This document shows positions 54,021-64,000 of a DNA stretch of 64,000 nucleotides, piece after piece. How positions within the stretch are numbered: position 1 is the stretch's first letter; each line of letters starts with the position of its first letter. The translations under genes and the position numbers were made by a program. This DNA is from Eledone cirrhosa (taxonomy: Eukaryota), in assembly GCA_964016885.1 (NCBI GenBank), contig OZ024740.1, positions 329,716,001-329,780,000 on the forward strand. Direction: 5' to 3'. The notes under the pieces were generated by a model. The model saw only the letters and a program-made list of their open reading frames with translations, did not search any database and had not been told where the DNA came from.

Positions 54021-55114
54021 TACATAAATTATATAATATCCACTCATTAGTTATTTAAAGTAATCCAACTTATTTTACTAACGGGATAAAGCAATATGAT
54101 GAACAGGACACAATCCGGCACTCCTCCCTTTATTATATCATTATACAAACCTCATAAACACCTATGTACACTGCTATGCTGGAGAGAACGTCATAATATG
54201 TGTGTGGCTATATGTGTATGTAAGTGCTTGTGTGTCTACGTATAAACAACAATTAATGATCAAGGTGCCTGTTTGAAATAGAAATGCATATTCTCTTTTG
54301 CTTTAATCGGTATATGACTCAACCAAAAGCCTAAGTTTATTGGCATTTATTCATCGGACCTATTTTATTTTAACATATGTGTATTAAAATAGGGTAAATG
54401 CAATACGTAATATTATAGAATAGAATAAAATAAAGAACAAAATATCAATTTAATAATTTTTTTATGTAAATTATGTTTCTCTCATTTTCGAACCGTACTT
54501 CTGTACTAACTTACATAATGATATCCAGTTAAAAAACACGGAAACATAGTCTACCTTTAAAATGTATTAGCATATTTATGAATGGTAATATACCAAACAC
54601 ATTATATATGTAGTCTATACTTCAAACCAGTGCTAACATTTTTTGCCTCTGAGCGAAACATACCCAGTATAAGAAGAAAAATATTTTTTTTTCATGAAAA
54701 AAGGTGTTTGTGAAAAACATCCAAACCCAGCCGACAAAATCTCAGAGAAATTGCGGTAATAAATTAGATGAACAAAAGCAAAAAGTCATAAAAACTGAAC
54801 AGAGCTTGAAGTTGGAAGATGTCTAAAGAAAAAAGAATATCATTGTATAGAAGGATAACATTAGAGAAAGCAAAAAAAAAAAAAAAACCATTTAATAATA
54901 CACTTCTTTGATTAAGATGTTTCAACACCAAAATAATTCTCTCTCTATATAGATTTTTATATATACGCGTATATAAATACATGCATGTATCATTGTTTTG
55001 GTGTGAATTCTAACAATGAAAGTATAACCCTTCAATATAAAACTATAGAGGTATTCTATATATTTCGTAAAATCTTGGGTGTCCATCGTGAACGATGATG
55101 ACATCTTAAATTTA

Positions 55115-55692
55115 GTTACAGTCTGCCGTGGGCACGAAGGTGGTTGTGGAGGCCGATCATCGCCGCAGGGCTTTGGGAGTGCATGCTAATAAAGAAACCT
55201 GTGCGGGAAAGGTGGGAGGGCTAGTGCACAGTAACGGTCCCACTCACTCGGCCGCAAAAGCCAGAATCCGGTGGTACGGAGGACCGTCACGACCAGGGAC
55301 TTCCTTGGCTGCAGTGGATGGCCACGATGTCTGTAGTGCCTTGCCGTGTCCTAGCGTTCCACACCGCTTGCTCTCTCCGCCTTCGTGACCGTTTGGACGA
55401 TGTTGCTCTCCTCCACTCACTCCACCGGTTCCAGTCTCGCATACAGGGGCAGGCATCCACTACCTAACTCACCGGCGGGTTTCAGACCCGCCCGACTACC
55501 CTCATTCTGGTTCGGCCCGCCAGCCAAGGCGGTTTCCCAGGGTGTGGCCGCTGTCGCATGCTACAGCTTCTTGGAGCCACAGGTGAGATATGGGTGTCAG
55601 GTTAGACCCAATGCTAGACGAGCTGTCCTGAAAAGGGCATGGCTAGCCCCCACCCCTACATAGGTACATGCCCCTCCCTGATACCCCAGGCA
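55115..55692 (-). mobile_element. Internally deleted non-autonomous RTE derivative (5'UTR fused to 3' end)
   Basis: GC-rich RTE-type leader (CACCTGTGGCTCC..CAGCGGCCACACCC..) joined to IGLHNHLRAH, the terminal zinc-finger remnant of RTE ORFs. Confidence 0.55.
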
Positions 55693-57228
55693 TATACACA
55701 CCTATATACATACACGTACATATGTACATGTGTATATATATATTTACACATGTTTGAATGGCCGTTGACCCTTATCAGTTCTTCCACCTTTTGTCAGGTT
55801 TTTTTTTTGTCCTGCAGGGTGTCCAAAATCACCCTCCTCACCAAGTAAACTTGGTGGGGTTGCCGGTTTAGTCACCGACGACCCGACCATGCGACAGGTT
55901 GTACCGGTTTCCATGTTACCATAAGCACTCAAAGTAATTAAACATACGTTTTCGTTGGTATTGAAACTTTCATGATGGCATTCAATTAGCCGTACCATAT
56001 TAATCTAATGCCACCAATCTTCAGCATTTGAGAAAATATATACACTTCTCCGGTCTTCCTCTGATGCTGAATCCGTCTGAAGTCATTTTGCATACTTCTA
56101 TTTTTCTCGAATGTATATATATATTTTGTGCACATCAGGCAAATTTACCATAGTTCACATCTAACATTAAGGCAAGGGTTATGGTCTAATAAGTTTTAGA
56201 ATATTAGCCACCTCTAAATGCTGCAGCGTAAACATATGTTGGTTCCATTGATATAGGGTATTTTTTTGGCATCCCTTCCATTGATGCTTTATTCCACAGA
56301 GGTACCTATCAGTTGCTAGGCCTAAATGGATATTTCTCTTGTGTTGTTATTGCCGTTGCAAAGGAAGATTACTAGTTTTAAAGCCCCACATCTTAGGCTG
56401 GTTGTGCATTCTAGCTTTGTTGCCACGACTGTTGTCTTGTAGAGTATAACCTGCGTTTTTTTTATCTCATGGCATGTATCACTGATCATATGAGAGTAAA
56501 CGGCTTAATTATCTAGTAGGAAATTATTGTATAATATGCATTTGAAGCTGAGCTTAGAGCTAACACTGAATTCAAGGTTATTTCTGCTAAATAGCTTAGT
56601 GGTAAAATATTTGACAGAAAAGTTAATAATAATAGATACACATTTAAACTCAGCGTTCGCTCCCTCTAAAAATCAGTACCCATCCAGACAGCATCTACAT
56701 AGTGACTGGCTGTATCGTTTCCCACAATAAATACTCTTCAGGATTCACCGCATTAGACATACACCGATTGTTATCCATCATCATGGTCAACATATAATTC
56801 ACTCTCAATCATCACAGCTACAAACATACAATAGGACTACTCATGGTATCCGGCTTAACAGGAATATTGGGCATCAGCTAAATGAATCAGATGGAATGTC
56901 TCACGTTTAACACCTGCTACACAAGTGCCTACATCATCATGTACATTGAGGACACACCCCCTTATGTAACCAAAGAAATTTAGTCCGACCTCCACTTTGC
57001 GTTCCAGCTTGTTACTAAAACTACCTAACGGTTATCTACTTTTCAATCTTCATGTTCGATTTTAAAAATCTTTACTGAGCCTTTTTTAAGTTTCTCGATT
57101 GTGTTCTTGTCTCTATTTTGTACTCCTAAAGAAGGGCTTCCGCCCGAGACGTCGAACTTTCTTTCCCTTTTCCAATATAAAGCATGACACTAATAAGACT
57201 TTTTGTACCTCAATTCATTGTCTCCTTG

Positions 57229-57313
<85 letters not shown>

Positions 57314-57359
57314 AGATAAAAACGAGGAAGTTTCGTTTACATATATCTGACATTTATTG

Positions 57360-57900
57360 TGTATCGATCTGTTACGCGCGTTTCGCAGAAGATTGGCTCA
57401 AGGTCACCCATATGAATTATGGTCTCAACTCCACTATGAATCTGCTCTTCAGACTGGCAATGTGACAAAAAGTATATCGTGGAATGGTTGGTTGATCGTT
57501 ACCCTAGATCATATTTTCCAAAGAGAAGCAGTGCAGGATTGGTGGGCAGAATTTGAAGGAAACATTGTTGGGTGCATGTACAGATTAAGCGCTGTGTCAT
57601 AGGGGCTTTGAAGCCAATTCACTTGACTATCTTGTCATGCAGGTTGATTTAACTTGTAAAGAATGTGACCGATGTAGTCTAAGTAAGACAGGCCTTAGAA
57701 ATCATCAAAGAAGCAACATGCACAAGGAACCTGCGAAATATGCATTGCATGGCATTCCGGTTTGCAGAGAGTCTGGAAAGGAATATGGCTCAGCTAATGA
57801 ACTGAAACATCATAAGAATGGGCAGCAAAGCAACACCGTAACGCCTAATGTGAGAGACTCTTACGTGGGTCACGTTCGTACTTCTCATGCTTAAGAAGAG
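57360..57900 (+). mobile_element. Decayed LINE 3' end with C2H2-like motifs (RTE-like)
   Basis: TCKECDRCSLSKTGLRNHQR and further degenerate fingers. Confidence 0.35.
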
Positions 57901-58069
57901 GGTCAAGTGATGAGGGCGCTCGAAATCGAGATGCGACCATGACATATGTGTATAATGGTATGGCATATATATGCATTTAGTGTATGCGTGTATGTTATTG
58001 TATATATTATAGAGAAGGTCGAATAGAGAGAGATAGGAAGAGATTGAGAGCGCATGAGAGAGAGAGAGA

Positions 58070-58155
<86 letters not shown>

Positions 58156-59141
58156 GAGAGAGGAAAATGTAATTGCATTTTAGTCACTAAATTATATTCT
58201 TGTATACTCGGATTCCGTACGGGCATGTAATTGGTATTGACTCACAAAACTGCAATATACCATCAATATTTGATGAACAATGAAGGAAGAATTTGGCTTC
58301 AGGATGATACAAGCTGTAACAGGCTCTTAGAAAATCGATGATAATACCATAGAAGTATTTGAACATCTCTCAGATATGGGATTACATATTACTAGAAATA
58401 TCTATCCAATGGTGTTATCGAATCAGTCTTCTCTAATCGCATATGCTTTCAATATCTGTATTCTGTTGCTGTTTTTAATTGTTTCATTTTCTTTTCTTTG
58501 TATGTTTTTACATGTTCCCTTTGTTATTAAACGCTAGAAAATGCATGAATCAATCTGTAGTGCGGGAATTTCTGTTTTATTTATTCTTTGTGCAGTTTGT
58601 ATTTTATTTTTATCTATTTTCCATGATATAATATTTCACCATAATAAACATCCTTTAGCGCATCGTGACACGTTAGAAAATCTTCAACAGTGAAAGATAC
58701 TGATATTACAACTGGAGTTCAGTCATTTTCCACGAACAACTAGGTTTTGTATTGAAAAGTACTCTCAAGATAATTCTGAAAGTTATTTGACAGTCCAATA
58801 TGTATACATATATGCAAAATATTTAGAAAAGAGCAGACTGCCATTGTAGACATATTTTCTCGATAATATTATCATCAGATAATATATCACGACTGGTGTA
58901 TTGTTATATGCTGTGTAAATTCATATACCAGTTGCCCCACCATATTTCTAGTTGAAATAGTCCCTAGGCTATAGAATATTGATTTATGGATTCAAAAAGA
59001 TACTTAATTTGAAGCCCAGATTTGGGAGAATTATACACACACAAAGACATTCACTTATGTACACATATGAAGAAACGGTCTTAAGAGTCATATTTTTATA
59101 CGCTAATATACTTGCCCATGCGAATATTTGCGTGCGTTAAC

Positions 59142-59334
<193 letters not shown>

Positions 59335-59544
59335 GAGCCCTCTTTGGATTTTAGTCTCCACATTTATTATAATTAATATATATATATATATATATATCCA
59401 GGGATGTAACTTGGAGTTACTCTATGTTCACCTGGGGAGCACTCGATGTTTAGGTTCACTTCAGTGTCGAGGTGTAGAGCTATACAGAGTGTATTATAGT
59501 TAAATAAGATAACAAGGACAATTGGGTACTCCTTCATTACGTTT

Positions 59545-59630
59545 AAGGGTTGGTGACGTGCGTTTCGCCACTCACCAGCTCAAGGTTCGATCTGACCTGA
59601 CTCTGTAATCCGCGGCTCGTCAGACCCCTT
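59545..59630 (-). ncRNA. Type I hammerhead ribozyme (family G) in pLTR-like remnant 59397-59635
   Basis: Minus strand: AAGGGGT CTGACGA GCC...GGC GAA ACG ca CGT C ACCAACCCTT. The element ends in (TA)n. Confidence 0.7.
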
Positions 59631-59647
59631 GTAATGTTAATTACATA

Positions 59648-59842
59648 AGTTAATATGCATAAGGAAAATATATATATTTCAAACGTTCAATCGACTGACA
59701 GGAAGGAATACGGTCCAGATACGGTCCAGAAACTAGTTCATCGTTCTTTTGTCAGTGTTGAACAAAACAGCAACGATGGTTGCTGAACACTGCACGGCTA
59801 AAAATTCGGGCTGTTTGTTTACAAACAAACTGAGAATTATAA
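59648..59842 (+). mobile_element. Family A fragment with HHR core deleted
   Basis: CTGACAGGAAGGAATACGG...AGAAACTAGTTCATCGTTCTTTTGTCAGTGTTGAAC. Confidence 0.7.
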
Positions 59843-59927
59843 TCACTACTTTAAAAATGATAGCGTAAGGTCTTCAAAATGTGTTTAATTAAACATACGG
59901 TATATTGCCAAATATACTATGCATACA

Positions 59928-59964
<37 letters not shown>

Positions 59965-60164
59965 GTGAGGTTTTTTTTACAAAATGAAAAATAACCGAGG
60001 TGTCCTACAGGAGTGAAAGTATAAAGAAAAAGAGATGAAATCGAAAATGCAACTGGAGTCTTATTTAAAAAAAAAATATATATATTTACTTGGTTCCTTT
60101 ACCGGTTTCGCAGTTCTTCTGCTTTTCAAAAGGTGAGGTGAGATGGAGGGTCTGTGGTTTTTCT

Positions 60165-60195
<31 letters not shown>

Positions 60196-60401
60196 GTATG
60201 TATACGTACATACATGTATGTATACAGACGTACAGTAGTATGCATATATAAATACATACATGCACACATATATATATATGTACGTATGGATTCACCGAAC
60301 ATTTATTATAATGCTCGGTGTGTTTGTAAACAAACATCCCGAATTAAGCCGTACAGTGTCTAGCAACCATCGTTACTCTTTGTTCAACACTGACAAAGGT
60401 A

Positions 60402-60442
60402 CGCTGTACTAGTTTCAAGCTTATTAGCTATCGTCAGCAACG
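60402..60442 (-). ncRNA. Type I hammerhead ribozyme (family A)
   Basis: Minus strand: CGTTG CTGACGA TAGCT AATA AGCTT GAA ACTAGT A CAGCG. Confidence 0.78.
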
Positions 60443-60594
60443 TTTACCTTCCTGCCAGATGGTTGAACATCTGAAAGTATATACTTACCCCGGCAGATTA
60501 ACTCACTCTATATGCAAATTAGGCTGCTCAGCCGTTAATATGCATAAGGAAAGTATATACTTTCAGAGGTTCAACCATCTGACAGGAAGGTATA

Positions 60595-60635
60595 CGTTGC
60601 TGATGATAGCTAATAAGCTTGAAACTAGTACAGCG
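60595..60635 (+). ncRNA. Type I hammerhead ribozyme (family A)
   Basis: CGTTG CTGATGA TAGCT AATA AGCTT GAA ACTAGT A CAGCG. Extended stem CTGACAGGAA/TTCCTTTGTCAG and TTCAAC/GTTGAA. Confidence 0.8.
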
Positions 60636-62404
60636 TTCCTTTGTCAGTGTTGAACAAATGAGCAACGATGGTTGATAGACACTGTACGGCTTAATTCGGG
60701 ATGTTTGTTTACAAACACACCGAGCATTATAATAAATGTTTGGTGAATCCATATGTACATATATATATATGTGTGCATGTATGTATATATATATATACAT
60801 ACTACTGTACGTCTGTATACATATATGTATGTACGTATACATACTTATATTTAAGTAACAGCCGTACTAAGCGTGAGAAATGAAATTTCGTTTCATTTTT
60901 TCCGTTTATATATATATATGTATATATATGCATATATACATTACATGAAACAAGTTTCACACCTCACATAGGCCTGAGAATAAATGAACATATTTTTTCA
61001 TTAAATTTGAATATTGCTAGAAACTAATGGATATAGGGAGTTTCAATGCAGCCTAACTTATTTCTGAAACTGTAATATTGGAGTAAGACAAAATGTGACC
61101 ATGATAATATAATTATCATTATCATTCATTAGAACCACCCTCGCAATCTAGATGTTATGAATTTATGCTTATGATAATTTATATTTCCCAGTAATTTTCC
61201 GAAGTCTTATTGTGTTTTATAAATAGTAAAAGAGGAAAGATCAGGTACTAGTAAATATAATGGCCCCCAAAGCATGTGAGTGGCTATGGTTATTATTCAG
61301 TTTGTATATTCGTCAGTGGATACTTGCATGGCAAATGGGGCTTGAGCAGAAATTCATAGGCGAGTAGAGTTTGAAGGCATGGAGGGAAAGTATAGGCTTC
61401 TGCTTACTTAAAAAAAATAATAATAAAAATTAGAGGGCACAGCAGTAATAGTGAAACTGAATGGTAAGTTGTGAACCAGAGCCTTTCTGCCAACTGATTA
61501 TAACTTTTCAGTGTTTCCGAATTTCCCATGTTGACGGCATTTTCAGATATTTTCTGGTTATCTATCTTCATAATAATCTCCGTTCTTCTGAAAATAAATC
61601 CTTCACTTTAAGACTATCAATACATGGTTATATCATTAAAATAACATATATCCAATATATAATGCTAACACAGTGTATATATTACTGATTCTGATACAAC
61701 ATATACTCATTCTTAACGGGCATGACAAACATAAGTTACAGTATGTAAATGAAGGGAAAAGATTGTTTATAGATATTAAATTACACCAATCTGACTTTAA
61801 GAAAACATCTATTTCACTAGATATAATTACATCTAAAGATATACTTATCTTACGTTCTTACGAATTGCTTTAAATTCTTAGAGATGTTTTCCATGAATAT
61901 TTTCTTAGTAACATTTGAATTCTACACATCTGCATTCCAACTCAACTCCGAAGCAGAGCATTGTTTTCATTCTCCTTATTTAATAGAGCATTATTTCAGA
62001 ATTTCCCATATTTATATCTTCCATATTCCTCAAACCTTTTCTCCATTTTTCTCACAGATAAATATTCATTAAACTATTCTTTTCTGAAATCCCCATCACT
62101 AAAATAACTTGAAGCAGTTCCGTAAACATGTTCTTATCTGTGAGTCACTCATACTTAAATTGAAACATTTCTACAGAAAAGAACCAAAGTAGTCCCCAAT
62201 TTGCATAAATCTTCATCAGAATTTCGATTATAAATCAGCGTGCGAGTATTTATTTTTGTTATTGATGTAAGCAGCTCTTTCGCTAAATTCTTGATATTCC
62301 AGGTTCTTCTAATTTTATTATGTCTGGCAGTACCTCTAATCTTTATAATTTCAAGATATGTTCCCGCTACATCTATATTGCAATAGTTTCCTCTGTAATT
62401 ATAT

Positions 62405-62591
62405 ATTTGTTTCTACTTTAGACACAAGGCCAGCAATTACCCAGTTCATTACTGGTACTTTATTTTATCGACCTCGTAAGGATGAAAGGCAAAGTCAACC
62501 TCGGCGGGATTTGAACTCAGATCGTAAAGGGACGTAAGTATGCTGGAAATCATGGCGTCCGACCCTCTACCGATACTGCCAATCCACCGCC
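62405..62591 (-). mobile_element. tRNA-derived SINE (Meta-core type)
   Basis: GGCGGTGGATTGGCAGTATCGG head, B box and core. Near-identical to the 53835-54020 copy. Confidence 0.9.
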
Positions 62592-64000
62592 TGATTATAT
62601 ATTGCCATTTAATAACGCGTAACATTCTGCTAAATATATTGTAAAACTTAAAATATGCGCCATCTATGTATTCATAACTATAAAAATACCGTCTGCTCTT
62701 ACAGTCAATTTACTTCGTTTATAACGTTGGTAATAAACTCAGAATATTGCTCATCGACGGCCGAATGTTTAGCTTGTCCAAGGATATTCTTTTTCCACTG
62801 CAAAATGTATCACGCACTATGAAAATCCAAATAAATATGACTTCTTGAAGAAATCCAAGTCTAACATTGTTTCAGTGACTCGTGTGTTGTTGATATCGGC
62901 AGAGTGTCAGTCTCTCCCCACATTTGATCATCGGTTTCAATATATAAATACATCTGTTCCTTCATATATATATTTGACTTAATCATTGGTAACCATATGA
63001 TATGCTAATATCTGGTAACGAAACAGTGATAAACGTCTAGATTTTAGGCTGGTTTCTCACATCACGAGTGAAAAGCATGTATTTCAGCAAGAAGCGTTCA
63101 ATATGCTACATATATTTATATATTTCCATCTGGCACCTATATTACGTGCAATTTACATGTCAATGGTTGAATTAGATTTGTTGACAAAACACATTATGCA
63201 GTGATTAGTACTGGTGTTTTAACTTAATGTAGAATCTGTAAATCTCAAAATCTGCTTAGGATCCAATTTATTATTCTATTATGCTTCATAAATCTGAAGG
63301 ACCACTTCAAAGGGTCGAGTTGTAGAACATAAAATCATGGAATTAAATATGCAATATTTGGTTTTCTATAGTTGATCCAAATTTCATCAACAACGATACT
63401 TGAAAATGTAATTCCACTCCAGCTTGCTTCAGACAAAAGCAACCTTGTTGAAAAATCCAGAAATCTTTCTTTAGATTATTGGAAAACAGAGGGCGTCATT
63501 CAAATCTTCCAACTGGATCGATATCTGAAAAAAACAAATGAAAAAAACAAACTATTCTTTGATTCATATCCCATTATATGCTGTTCAATAATAATCACAA
63601 TGCGTCTAATATCATTTTAAATTATGATATTGATTTTGAAATAAAATAGCTATATTAGAAGTTTTGATTCCATAATCTCACATTTTAGGGAATTAAAATT
63701 GTTGTCCTTGAGAACTCATATTTTCATTGCAAATGAATTTGCTTTACGATACTCCAAGACATAACTGCGTACAATCATCACTAATGTGAGATTAAACATC
63801 ATGCCTTTTCTGTTTAACAACAAACCCTGAAATTGCAACTCTAAGATGAAAGCATCCAGTCGCTTCGAAACCTATTCAGTTCCGATTTAATTAAAACAGA
63901 TTGTATGGTTCGGATTTAATCACCGGGGGCAGAACAAGCCTCCTGTAGTGTAATAATATTTTGATGCTTGTATTCTTGAACAACCGCAAAAAAAAAAGAT

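Larger units (their letters stand above)
60190..60908. mobile_element. Family A inverted pair (minus partial 60190-60489, plus monomer 60490-60908)
   Basis: Reverse-complement arms with intact HHRs at 60402-60442 (-) and 60595-60635 (+). Confidence 0.85.

Noticed and set aside
57123-57157. Minimal HHR-like CTAAAGA AGGG..CCC GAGACGTC
   Set aside because: Two core substitutions. At best a dead PLE HHR, so it is not listed as a ribozyme.

Overview
This is eukaryotic, AT-rich, microsatellite-dense DNA. It is most likely an octopod cephalopod, inferred only from the tRNA-headed Meta-core SINE family and the repeat landscape. No intact host gene is recognisable and the window is a retroelement graveyard. 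It holds Penelope-like elements (two Hydra-type, one Nematis/Neptune-like, several pLTR remnants) inserted in (TA)n. A ~20 kb block (15.7-35.4 kb) has two Tx1/L1-clade LINEs (minus) and four R4/Dong-type RLE LINEs (plus, one with an intact 1130-aa ORF) alternating inside one (AAT)n microsatellite. There are also RTE and CRE remnants, six SINEs and a non-autonomous Helitron. The main signal not shown by the ORF track is a dense set of type I hammerhead ribozyme (HHR) motifs from at least seven unrelated sequence families. The clearest is a non-coding ~420-bp repeat found at six loci as tandem, circularly permuted and inverted arrays. It has one HHR per monomer with an atypical U·U closure of stem II, which fits a retrozyme (circular-RNA mobile element). 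A second candidate novelty is a 52-53 nt GT-AG segment, present in both Tx1 copies, whose splicing would fuse ORF1 in frame to ORF2. All structures were read by eye and no folding or database search was run.
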